The notes under the pieces are model-generated. The model did not search any database and was not told the DNA's origin. It worked only from the letters and a program-made list of their open reading frames with translations. Shown in pieces: positions 22,259 to 31,109 of a DNA stretch of 35,345 nt (position 1 is its first letter; the number at the start of each line of letters is the position of its first letter). Position numbers and translations under genes: made by a program. The stretch lies in contig CBDHEC010000004.1 of NCBI GenBank assembly GCA_965261975.1, forward strand, positions 1-35,345. Direction: 5' to 3'. Source of the stretch: Alphaproteobacteria bacterium. GTDB lineage: Bacteria; Pseudomonadota; Alphaproteobacteria; UBA6615.

Positions 22259-22429
22259 CCCGTCGGGCGACGCCAATACGCAGACCTTTACCGACGCACG
22301 CAACGATGTCAGGCTCTGCGGAATTCCTACAAAAACTCGACAGATCCCCTCCCTAATTGCGGACAGTTCGGGGAACACCTGTTAGAACGATCCAGGTTCC
22401 ACAATCAGAGCGTCAGAAGCGAAACCGGC

Positions 22430-22960
22430 ATGAACGATTTCACCCAGAAATCCAGTTTCTCCTACGAAGATCTCATCCAGTGCGGCCATGGCGAGCTGTT
22501 CGGACCGGGCAATGCGCAATTGCCGCTGCCGCCGATGCTCATGTTCGACCGGATCACGGAAATCTCCGACGATGGTGGCGAACACGGCAAGGGGCTGATC
22601 GTCGCCGAACTCGATATCAAGCCGGACCTCTGGTTCTACGAGTGCCATTTCGAGGGCGACCCCATCATGCCGGGCTGCCTCGGCCTCGATGCGCTCTGGC
22701 AGATGCTCGGCTTCTTCCTGGGCTGGCAGGGCCTGCCGGGGCCGGGCCGCGCGCTGGGTGTCGGTGAGGTCAAATTCGCCGGCGAGGTCAAACCCGGCGG
22801 CAAGCTGCTGCGCTATCAGATCGACGTCAAGAAGGTCATCAAGCGCGGTGTCGCACTGGCCATCGCCGACGGCCTGGCCGAACTCGACGGTGAGACCGTC
22901 TACACCACGGCGGGGCTCAAGGTCGGGCTGTTCCCGCCGAGCAAGGAGGCAGGCACATGA
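22430..22960 (+). CDS. fabA: 3-hydroxyacyl-ACP dehydratase/isomerase
   Basis: [40 protein letters not shown] and [11 protein letters not shown]. Confidence 0.97.
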   Translation: MNDFTQKSSFSYEDLIQCGHGELFGPGNAQLPLPPMLMFDRITEISDDGGEHGKGLIVAELDIKPDLWFYECHFEGDPIMPGCLGLDALWQMLGFFLGWQGLPGPGRALGVGEVKFAGEVKPGGKLLRYQIDVKKVIKRGVALAIADGLAELDGETVYTTAGLKVGLFPPSKEAGT

Positions 22961-24192
22961 GCAACAACGGTTTGCGACGCGTCGCGGTCACCGGGCTGGG
23001 GATCGTCTCACCGATCGGCGCCAACGCCGCCGAGGTGACCGAGAGCCTGAAGGCCGGCCGCTCGGGCATCGTCCGTTCCGACGTCTATGCCGAGATGGGC
23101 TTCCGCTCCCATGTGCATGGCGCACCGAATGTCGATTTCGACGAGCATATCGACCGCAAGCTGCGCCGCTTCATGGGCGACGGCGCGGCCTACAACTACA
23201 TCGCCATGACCGAGGCGATCGCCGATTCCGGCCTGACCGACGCCGACATTCATTCCGAGCATACCGGCCTGGTCATGGGTTCGGGCGGCCCGTCCACCTC
23301 GGCCATGGTCGAGGCGGCCGACACCGCGCGCGAGAAAAGCCCGAAGCGCGTCGGGCCCTACGCGGTGCCCAAGGCCATGTGCTCGACCCTTTCGGCCAAC
23401 ATGTCCACCGCCTTCAAGATGCGCGGCCTGTCCTACTCCATCAGCTCGGCCTGCTCGACCAGCGCGCACTGCATCGGCAATGGCAGCGAGCTCATCCAGA
23501 TGGGCAAGCAGGACGTGGTCATCGCCGGCGGCGCGGAAGAACTCCACTGGTCGCTCACCGTGCTGTTCGACGCCATGGGCGCATTGTCGTCGAAGTATAA
23601 CGACACGCCCGAGCGTGCGTCGCGCCCCTACGACGTCAACCGCGACGGTTTCGTGATCGCCGGCGGCGCCGGCGTGGTGGTGCTCGAGGAGATGGAGCGC
23701 GCCAAGGCACGCGGTGCCAAGATCTATGGCGAACTCGTCGGCTACGGCGCCACCTCGGACGGCGTGGACATGGTCGCCCCGTCGGGTGAGGGCGCGGTCC
23801 GCTGCATGCGCATGGCGACCGCCGGGCTGGGCAACCAGACCGTCGACTACATCAACGCCCATGGCACCTCGACGCCGGTCGGCGACATGATCGAGCTGGG
23901 GGCCATCAACGAGGTCTTCGGCGCGCAACGACCCCATGTCGCCTCGACCAAGTCCCTTACCGGCCATTCACAGGGCGCGACCGGCGCCCATGAAGCGATC
24001 TACTCGTTGTTGATGATGGAGCATGACTTCATCGCCGCCTCGGCCAACATCGAGGAACTCGACCCGGAAGCCGGCGACGCGGCCATCGTCACCGAACGCA
24101 TCGACAATGCCGGGCTCAACTGCGTGATGTCGAACAGCTTCGGCTTCGGCGGGACGAACGCCACCCTCGCCTTCCAGCGGTATGAGGGGTGA
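22957..24192 (+). CDS. fabB: Beta-ketoacyl-ACP synthase I
   Basis: [32 protein letters not shown] and [11 protein letters not shown]; ATGA overlap with fabA. Confidence 0.97.
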   Translation: MSNNGLRRVAVTGLGIVSPIGANAAEVTESLKAGRSGIVRSDVYAEMGFRSHVHGAPNVDFDEHIDRKLRRFMGDGAAYNYIAMTEAIADSGLTDADIHSEHTGLVMGSGGPSTSAMVEAADTAREKSPKRVGPYAVPKAMCSTLSANMSTAFKMRGLSYSISSACSTSAHCIGNGSELIQMGKQDVVIAGGAEELHWSLTVLFDAMGALSSKYNDTPERASRPYDVNRDGFVIAGGAGVVVLEEMERAKARGAKIYGELVGYGATSDGVDMVAPSGEGAVRCMRMATAGLGNQTVDYINAHGTSTPVGDMIELGAINEVFGAQRPHVASTKSLTGHSQGATGAHEAIYSLLMMEHDFIAASANIEELDPEAGDAAIVTERIDNAGLNCVMSNSFGFGGTNATLAFQRYEG

Positions 24193-24196
24193 GACC

Positions 24197-25075
24197 ATGG
24201 CCGACGCACACGCACCCACACCCGAACCCACACCCGCAACCCTGAAACAGGCCGACGCCATGGACGGACAACCCGCGACCGGAAGCCTGATGGCCGGCAA
24301 GCGTGGCCTCATCATGGGGGTCGCCAACGACCATTCCATCGCCTGGGGGATCGCGCGTGCAGTCGCCGCCCAGGGGGCTGACCTGGCCTTCACCTACCAG
24401 TCGGACAGCTTCGCGCGCCGGGTCGGCCCGCTGGCGGAATCCGTTGACGCCGCCGCCATGGTCCAGTGCGACGCGTCGGACACGAAGAGCCTCGATTCTG
24501 CCTTCAACGCCATCTCGGACACCTGGGACGGGATCGACTTCGTGGTCCACGCCATTGCCTACTCCGACAAGGAGGAGCTCAAGGGCCGCTACGTCAACAC
24601 GAGCCAGGAAAACTTCCTGCAGACTATGAACATCTCCTGCTACTCGTTCACGGCGGTCGCCCAACGCGCCGCGGCGATGATGAGCGACAGCGGCTCGCTG
24701 CTCACGCTCACCTATCACGGCGCCCAGGCGGTCATGCCCAACTACAACGTCATGGGGGTCGCCAAGGCCGCGCTGGAGGCCAGCGTGCGATACCTCGCCT
24801 CCGACCTGGGCCCGGACGGCCTGCGGGTCAACGCCATCTCGGCCGGGCCCATGCGGACCCTGGCCGGCTCGGCGGTTGGTTCCGCGCGGCAGGTCTACAA
24901 CTACAACCGCGAGACCGCCCCGCTGCGCCGCAACGTCGTCCTCGACGATGTCGGCGGCGCGGGCCTCTATCTGCTGTCGGACCTGTCGAAGGCAGTCACC
25001 GGCGAGATTCACTATGTGGATTGCGGCTTCAACATGATCGGCATGCCCGATCCGGCGGCACCGAACGGCGCATAG
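24197..25075 (+). CDS. fabI: Enoyl-ACP reductase
   Basis: GKRGLIMGVANDHSIAWGIA, YNVMGVAKAALEASVRYLA and NAISAGPMRTLA. Start uncertain; downstream ATGs are possible. Confidence 0.95.
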   Translation: MADAHAPTPEPTPATLKQADAMDGQPATGSLMAGKRGLIMGVANDHSIAWGIARAVAAQGADLAFTYQSDSFARRVGPLAESVDAAAMVQCDASDTKSLDSAFNAISDTWDGIDFVVHAIAYSDKEELKGRYVNTSQENFLQTMNISCYSFTAVAQRAAAMMSDSGSLLTLTYHGAQAVMPNYNVMGVAKAALEASVRYLASDLGPDGLRVNAISAGPMRTLAGSAVGSARQVYNYNRETAPLRRNVVLDDVGGAGLYLLSDLSKAVTGEIHYVDCGFNMIGMPDPAAPNGA

Positions 25076-25099
25076 GCCGCGCCGCGCAATCGAAAGAAG

Positions 25100-25128
25100 A
25101 ACGGCCCCTTTCGGGGCCGTTTTCGTTT
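25100..25128. terminator. Terminator between the convergent fabI and PiT genes, probably bidirectional
   Basis: AACGGCCCC-TTTC-GGGGCCGTT followed by TTCGTTT; A-rich on the left side. Confidence 0.85.
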
Positions 25129-25146
25129 CCCTGTTGGCCGCCAGCC

Positions 25147-26628
25147 CTACACCACCAGCGACAGCCCGAAGAAGATCAGTGCCGACATGATCGCCGCGGC
25201 AGGAACCGTGATCACCCATGCCGCGATGATCGTCAGGAAATGGGAGCGGCGCACCAGCCGGCGGTAGCGCTGGACCTCCGGTGCAACGGGCGGCTGTTCG
25301 GGGCTGGATCTGCCCGACCGGCTGACCATCTCGCGCCGCCGCTTGGAGCGCTTGGTGAAGTATTCGCGGAAGAAACCGACCCCGAAGACCGCGCCCACGG
25401 CGATGTGGGTCGAGCTGACCGGCAGGCCGAGCCAGGAGGCGATGATCACGGTGATCGCCGCAGACAGGGCCACGCAATAGGCGCGCATGGGGTTCATCTT
25501 GGTGATCTGGTCGCCGACCATGCGGATGAGTTTCGGGCCGTACAGGAACAGCCCGAGGCTGATGCCGAAGGCGCCAATCATCATGATCCAGATCGGCACC
25601 TCCACCTTGCTGGCGATATCGCCGGACTGCACCGTCGACAGGATCGCGGCCAGCGGGCCGATGGCATTCGCCACATCGTTGGCACCATGGGCAAAGGACA
25701 GCAGGGCGGCAGAGCAGATCAGCGGAATCCGGAACAATATCCGCAGCGACTGGTTGCGGTTCTCCATCCCCTCGGACTGGCGGCGGATCAGCGGCCGCAT
25801 GATCATCCAGACACCCGCGAACGTGACCAGCGAGATGATGATGACCGTCTGGATCTCGGGCCGCCAGATGCGTTTGAAGCCCTTCACCGACAGGTACCAG
25901 GCGAACGCGCCGGCCATGATCGCCACCAGCATCGGGACCCAGCGCCGCGCCGCGGCGATCTTGTCGTCCCGGTAGATGAGATTGATCTTGATGAAGGCGA
26001 GGAAGCCGGCGGCGATCACCCCGCCGAGCACCGGTGAGATGACCCAGCTCGCCGCGATCGCGCCCATGGTGCCCCAGTTGACGAGCTGGAAACCGACAGC
26101 GGCGATGCCCGCGCCCATGACGCCGCCCACAACGGAATGGGTGGTGGACACGGGTGCGCCGACGAAGGTCGCCAGGTTGACCCACAGGGCCGCGGCAATG
26201 AGCGCCGACATCATGGCCAGCACGAAAACGCTGGCATCGTCGACCAGCGAGGGATCGATGATCCCCTTGGAGATGGTGCTGACCACGTCGCCGCCGGCGA
26301 GCAGCGCGCCCGCACTCTCGAAGACGGCGGCAATGACGAGTGCGCCGAACAGGGTCAGCGCCCGCGATCCCACCGCGGGGCCCACATTGTTGGCCACATC
26401 GTTGGCGCCGATATTCAGCGCCATATAGCCGCCGAGTATCGCCGCGACGACCACCATGGCGGTATCCGACGATATCCCCACCAGGGTTCCGGCCAGCAGG
26501 GCCGACAGGCCCAGGAAGATCACCGCAATCCCGTGGGATCGCAGGTTCCCGGCCATCGACTGAGCTGCCGCTTCAACATGGACGATCTTTTCAAGATCCT
26601 TGTCGAGGGTAGGTTTCACCTGGCTCAT
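25147..26628 (-). CDS. PiT-family inorganic phosphate (anion) transporter
   Basis: Two PiT signatures, GANDVANNVG and HGANDVANAIG, plus PVSTTH and PVSSTH, and many TM helices. Confidence 0.93.
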   Translation of the reverse strand: MSQVKPTLDKDLEKIVHVEAAAQSMAGNLRSHGIAVIFLGLSALLAGTLVGISSDTAMVVVAAILGGYMALNIGANDVANNVGPAVGSRALTLFGALVIAAVFESAGALLAGGDVVSTISKGIIDPSLVDDASVFVLAMMSALIAAALWVNLATFVGAPVSTTHSVVGGVMGAGIAAVGFQLVNWGTMGAIAASWVISPVLGGVIAAGFLAFIKINLIYRDDKIAAARRWVPMLVAIMAGAFAWYLSVKGFKRIWRPEIQTVIIISLVTFAGVWMIMRPLIRRQSEGMENRNQSLRILFRIPLICSAALLSFAHGANDVANAIGPLAAILSTVQSGDIASKVEVPIWIMMIGAFGISLGLFLYGPKLIRMVGDQITKMNPMRAYCVALSAAITVIIASWLGLPVSSTHIAVGAVFGVGFFREYFTKRSKRRREMVSRSGRSSPEQPPVAPEVQRYRRLVRRSHFLTIIAAWVITVPAAAIMSALIFFGLSLVV

Positions 26629-26644
26629 CTAAATTCCTTTCAAC

Positions 26645-27148
26645 TCAACTGATTTCCAGCCCGCGCACGGGCGCACCATCATTCCCGTCGCCGACCTCGG
26701 CGAGCACGGCGTGCAGGGCCGCCCCGTCTGTTTCGGCCAAATCCCGTAATAAACGCGCCAGACCAGCGTCTTCAGCGAGGCCGGCGGCCTCGGCGAGGGA
26801 GACCCAGCGGCGCTTGCGTGCTGATTTTTCCGGCCACGGGTCCAGCGTCTCGCGCACCCAAAGGGCGAACACAAACACCTGGCTGGGCACCGAATAGCCC
26901 TGCCGCATGATCTTCTTGTAGGTGAAATCGCCGATGGGGGACGGGTGTACGGTGCCCGCGACCCCTGCCTCCTCACCCGCCTCGCGTGCGGCCCCGTCGC
27001 AGAAGGCCTCGCCGCTTTCGGGCCAGCCCTTCGGCAGAATCCAGCGCCCGTCGCGTCGCGCGGTAATCATCATCACCTCGAACGCTTCGTCGCGCAGGGC
27101 GAACGGCAATGCGGCAACCTGCTGGATGGTCTTGGCGGTTTTGAACAC
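26645..27148 (-). CDS. NUDIX hydrolase, DIPP/Ap6A-hydrolase-like subfamily
   Basis: QVAALP, GRWILPKGW, AAREAGEEAGV Nudix box and WPEKSARKRRW. GTG start; 16 nt upstream of PiT. Confidence 0.88.
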   Translation of the reverse strand: MFKTAKTIQQVAALPFALRDEAFEVMMITARRDGRWILPKGWPESGEAFCDGAAREAGEEAGVAGTVHPSPIGDFTYKKIMRQGYSVPSQVFVFALWVRETLDPWPEKSARKRRWVSLAEAAGLAEDAGLARLLRDLAETDGAALHAVLAEVGDGNDGAPVRGLEIS

Positions 27149-27173
27149 GTGAACGGCGCGTCGCTTGGTGTCT

Positions 27174-27191
27174 ATTACAGATTTATGACGG
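27174..27191 (-). promoter_or_regulatory. Pho box (candidate PhoB site) upstream of NUDIX-PiT
   Basis: Minus strand CCGTCAT-AAAT-CTGTAAT versus consensus CTGTCAT-AWAW-CTGTMAY: one mismatch in 18, and oriented toward the operon. Confidence 0.78.
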
Positions 27192-27397
27192 CCCCCAAGT
27201 TAGCCCGGGACGACCGATTCAGACGAGCGGGCAAACCGCCGGGCTGGGGACAAAATCCGGTTACATTTTTCCCGCCCCCCGGGCTGTTCCAATCCGCTCC
27301 AGCCGTGTAGCCTTCAATCATCTGCGGTCCTCCAAATTCTGCCTTACAGAGCGGGACGGAGCGCAGGGGGGAAAGAAAAACCATTTCGGAACACAAC

Positions 27398-28267
27398 ATG
27401 ACAGATATCCAATATCTGGCGCCGACCTCGCTTGATGAAGCGATCAGCGCCTACGCGGGCGCCAACGGCGCCGGCCGGATCCTGGCCGGCGGCACGGACC
27501 TCCTGGTCCAGATGCAGGCCGGCATGGTCGAACCCGGGCTGATCGTCGACGTCAAGAACATCCCCGAGCTGACGAGCATCGAGGGAACCGCCGAGGGCGG
27601 CTTCGTCGTGGGGGCCGCCGTTTCCGGCGCCGCGCTCGAAAAGCATGCCGGTTTCGCCGAAGCCTGGCCCGGCGTCCTGGAAGGGCTGAACCTCATCGGG
27701 TCCACCCAGATCCAGGGCCGCGCATCGCTCGGCGGCAATCTGTGCAACGGCTCACCCGCCGCCGACAGCGTCCCGGCCATGGTCGCCGCGGGCGCCGTCC
27801 TGACGGTGCAGGGCCCCGACGGGCGCCGGGAAATCCCGGTCGAGGATGTCCCGACAGGCCCGGGCAAGACCAGCCTGAAGGCCGGCGAGATCGCCGTGAG
27901 CTTCGCCTTCCCGCCCCGCGCGGTCGGCCAGGGCGACGCCTATCTGCGCATGATCCCGCGTACCGAGATGGACATCGCCGTCGTCGGTGTCGGCGTGAAC
28001 CTCACCCTGGAAGGCGGGGTCTGCACCGCCGCCCGGGTCGGGCTGGGCGCCGTCGCACCGAAGGTATTGCTGGTCGAGGACGCCGCCAAGGCGCTGATCG
28101 GCACCAAGCTCGAGGACAATGCGCTTGAGGCCGCCGCGGCGGCCTGCAGTGCGGCCTGCAACCCGATCGACGACAAGCGCGGCACGATCGATTACCGAAC
28201 CCGGGTCGCCGGGGTCCTGTTAAAGCGCGTCGCCGGCATCGCCGCCGAGCGCACGCTGCGGACATAA
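27398..28267 (+). CDS. Xanthine dehydrogenase/CoxM-family FAD-binding subunit
   Basis: ILAGGTDLLV, IGSTQIQGRASLGGNLCNGSPAAD and PIDDKRGTIDYR. Confidence 0.93.
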   Translation: MTDIQYLAPTSLDEAISAYAGANGAGRILAGGTDLLVQMQAGMVEPGLIVDVKNIPELTSIEGTAEGGFVVGAAVSGAALEKHAGFAEAWPGVLEGLNLIGSTQIQGRASLGGNLCNGSPAADSVPAMVAAGAVLTVQGPDGRREIPVEDVPTGPGKTSLKAGEIAVSFAFPPRAVGQGDAYLRMIPRTEMDIAVVGVGVNLTLEGGVCTAARVGLGAVAPKVLLVEDAAKALIGTKLEDNALEAAAAACSAACNPIDDKRGTIDYRTRVAGVLLKRVAGIAAERTLRT

Positions 28268-28282
28268 GGGAGCGCCTGAACC

Positions 28283-28762
28283 ATGGCAAAACTTCATATA
28301 TCCACCACCATCAACGGCGAGCCCGAGGAATTCCTCTGCACGCCCGACGAAACCATGCTCGACGTGCTGCGCAACCAGCTCGACCTGACCGGCGCCAAGG
28401 AAGGCTGCGGTTCGGGCGATTGCGGCGCCTGTTCGATCACGCTCGACGGCACGCTGGTCTGCTCCTGCCTGATGCTGGCCGCCGAGGCCGAGGGCAAGGA
28501 GATCACCACCATCGAGGGCATGGCCGAGGGCGAAAAGCTGCACCCGCTGCAGCAGAAGTTCCTGGAAGAGGCGGCCCTGCAATGCGGTATCTGCACCCCG
28601 GGCATGCTGGTCGCAGCCAAGGCGCTGCTCGATGAAAACCCGGACCCGACCGAGACCGAAGTACGGTTCTGGCTGGCCGGCAATCTGTGCCGTTGCACGG
28701 GCTACGACAAGATCATCCGCGCGGTGCTCGACACCGCCGCCGAGATGCGGGGGGCAGCATAA
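28283..28762 (+). CDS. CoxS-family 2x[2Fe-2S] subunit
   Basis: GAKEGCGSGDCGACS, VCSCL, QCGICTPGM and GNLCRCTGY. Confidence 0.95.
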   Translation: MAKLHISTTINGEPEEFLCTPDETMLDVLRNQLDLTGAKEGCGSGDCGACSITLDGTLVCSCLMLAAEAEGKEITTIEGMAEGEKLHPLQQKFLEEAALQCGICTPGMLVAAKALLDENPDPTETEVRFWLAGNLCRCTGYDKIIRAVLDTAAEMRGAA

Positions 28763-31013
28763 TGAGCGATTCCAAGAACAAGTGGATCGGTGAGAACACG
28801 ATCCGTCCCGACGGCGCCGACAAGGTGACCGGACGCGCGGCCTTCGCGGCCGACACGACCATGCCCGGCATGATCTGGGGCAAGGTGCTGCGCAGCCCGC
28901 ACGCCCACGCCGTGATCAAGTCCATCGACACCTCCAAGGCCGAGGCCCTGCCCGGCGTGAAGGCGGTGATGACGTCGGCCGACATCGTCGATTTCCCGGT
29001 GGACACGCCCTTCCCGCTGGGCATCCAGGACATGCGCTGGATGTGCCGCAACGTGATGGCGCGCGACAAGGCGCTGTTCCACGGCCACCCGGTCGCCGCC
29101 GTCGCGGCCATGACCGAGGCGATCGCGGCGGAGGCCTGCAAGCTGATCGAGGTGGACTACGAGGTCCTGCCCCACGCGATCGAGATCGACGACGCGCTCG
29201 CCGACGATGCGCCCATCCTGCATGACTGGATGGAGTTCGAGGGCAAGCCGTCGAACATCGCCGGTGTGCTCGAACATACCAAGGGCGATGTCGAGGCCGG
29301 TTTCGCGGAGGCCGATGTCATCATCGAGCGGGACTTCACGACCCGCCCGGTGCACCAGGGCTATATCGAGCCCCATGCCTGCCTGGTCAGCGTCGCGGCC
29401 GACAACAAGACCACCATCTGGTCGTCGAGCCAGGGCCAGTTCATGGTCCGCGCCATGACCGCCCTGCTCACGGGCCTGTCCCAGTCCGACATCCGCGCGA
29501 TCCCCGCCGAGATCGGCGGCGGCTTCGGCGGCAAGACGATCATCTATCTCGAGCCGCTGGCGACCGTGTTGTCGAAGAAATCCGGCCGGCCGGTGAAGAT
29601 GACCATGACCCGCGAGGAGGTCATGCGCGCCTCGGGCCCGACCTCGGGTTCGAAGTCCACGATCAAGATCGGCGTCAAGAAGGACGGCTCGATCACGGCG
29701 GCGGAAGGCCTCTACTGGCTGCAGGCCGGCGGGCTTCCCGGCGCGCCGGTGCGCGGCGCGGTCGGCTGTGCGCTCGCCCCCTACGACATCCCCAACGGTC
29801 ACACGCTGGGCTATGACGTGGTGTGCAACCGCTCCAAGGTCGCGGCCTATCGCGCCCCGGGCGCACCCATCGGCTCCTTCGGGGTCGAGTGCGTGCTCGA
29901 CGAGCTGGCAGAGGAAATCGGCATGGACCCGCTCGACCTGCGGCTCAAGAACGCCGCGCGGGAAGGCACCCAGGCGGTCCACGGTCCGACCTACCCGGTC
30001 ATGGGCTATGTCGAGTCCCTCGAATCCGCCAAGGTCCACGACCATTACAACGCCCCGCTCGGCCCGAACCAGGGCCGCGGCGTGGCCAGCGGGTTCTGGT
30101 TCAATGCCGGCGGTGAATCTTCCGCCCAGGTGAACATCACCGAGGACGGCAATGTGGTGGTCACCACGGGCCATCCGGATATCGGCGGGTCGCGTGCGGG
30201 CATCGCCAACATCTGCGCCGAGCTGCTGGGCATCGACTACAAGCGTGTGTCGGTGCTGATCGGCGACACCGCGACCATCGGCTTCTCGAACCTGACCGGC
30301 GGCAGCCGCGTCCTGTTCGCCTCGTCCATGGTGGTCACGGAATCGACCCAGAACGTCATCCGCACCCTGTGCGAGCTGGCGGCCAAGATCTGGGACATCG
30401 ATCCCGACGCGGTCACCTGGGAAGACGGCGAGGCGCGCCCGGCGGGCGCCAATGCGGGCAAGTTCGACCCGCTCACCCTGGCCGAGCTGGCCGCACGGGC
30501 CAACGAGACCGGAGGCCCCATCGGTGCCGGCTCCCAGGTCAACACGACCGGCGCGGAGGGCGGCTTCGGCACCCATATCTGTGACGTCGAGGTGGACCCG
30601 GAACTCGGGATCGCCCGGGTGATCCGCTACACCGTGCTCCAGGATGTGGGCCGGGCGGTGCACCCGGCCTATGTCGAGGGCCAGATGCAGGGCGGCGCGG
30701 CCCAGGCGATCGGCTGGGCGCTCAACGAGGAGTATCTCTACGACAAGGACGGCAAGGTCGATAACCCGGGATTCCTGGATTACCGCATGCCCGTCGCCTC
30801 GGACCTGCCGATGCTCGACACGCATATCATTGAAAGTGCCCAACCCCAAGCACCCCCAAGGCGTGCGCGGGGTCGGCGAGGTGCCGCTGGTGCCCCGGCC
30901 TGTCGGCCGTGCGCAACGCGGTCTACAACGCCATCGGCATCCGCTTCAACGACCTGCCGCTCTCGCCCCCGCGGGTGCTGGCGGCGCTGGACGTGCCCAA
31001 GGCCGCGGAGTAG
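28762..31013 (+). CDS. Xanthine dehydrogenase-family molybdopterin-binding large subunit; two extra bases near the 3' end (749 aa if corrected)
   Basis: DKVTGRA, LRSPHAHA, HQGYIEPH, IGGGFGGK, AYRAPGAP, GGSR and VEGQMQGG. Removing one A (30833-30835) and one C (30893-30896) gives EVPNPKHPQGVRGVGEVPLVPGLSAVRNAVYNAIGIRFNDLPLSPPRVL...KAAE, with the stop at 31013. TAATG overlap with the small subunit. Confidence 0.92.
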
Positions 31014-31059
31014 CGCGGCGGGCACAAGCCCGGCACAGAGGAACCGACACAGACCAGAT

Positions 31060-31088
31060 AAAAAAACGGCCCCGAAAGGGGCCGTTTT
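31060..31088. terminator. Bidirectional terminator between the molybdoenzyme operon and pnp
   Basis: AAAAAAA-CGGCCCC-GAAA-GGGGCCG-TTTT. Confidence 0.9.
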
Positions 31089-31109
31089 CATATTCGCTTG
31101 TCGCCGGAC

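Noticed and set aside
24197-24260. Pro/Thr-rich FabI N-terminal extension (also the acidic GyrB N-terminus)
   Set aside because: Short low-complexity tails with an uncertain start for FabI and no evidence of function.
27252-27270. AAAAT-N8-ATTTT with a TGTAACCGG half-site upstream of the molybdoenzyme as an operator
   Set aside because: Only a 5-bp A/T inverted repeat and half a palindrome; too weak to distinguish from chance.
27398-31013. Aerobic carbon monoxide dehydrogenase (coxMSL)
   Set aside because: Lacks the Cu-binding AYXCSFR motif and cox accessory genes, so gene symbols were withheld.
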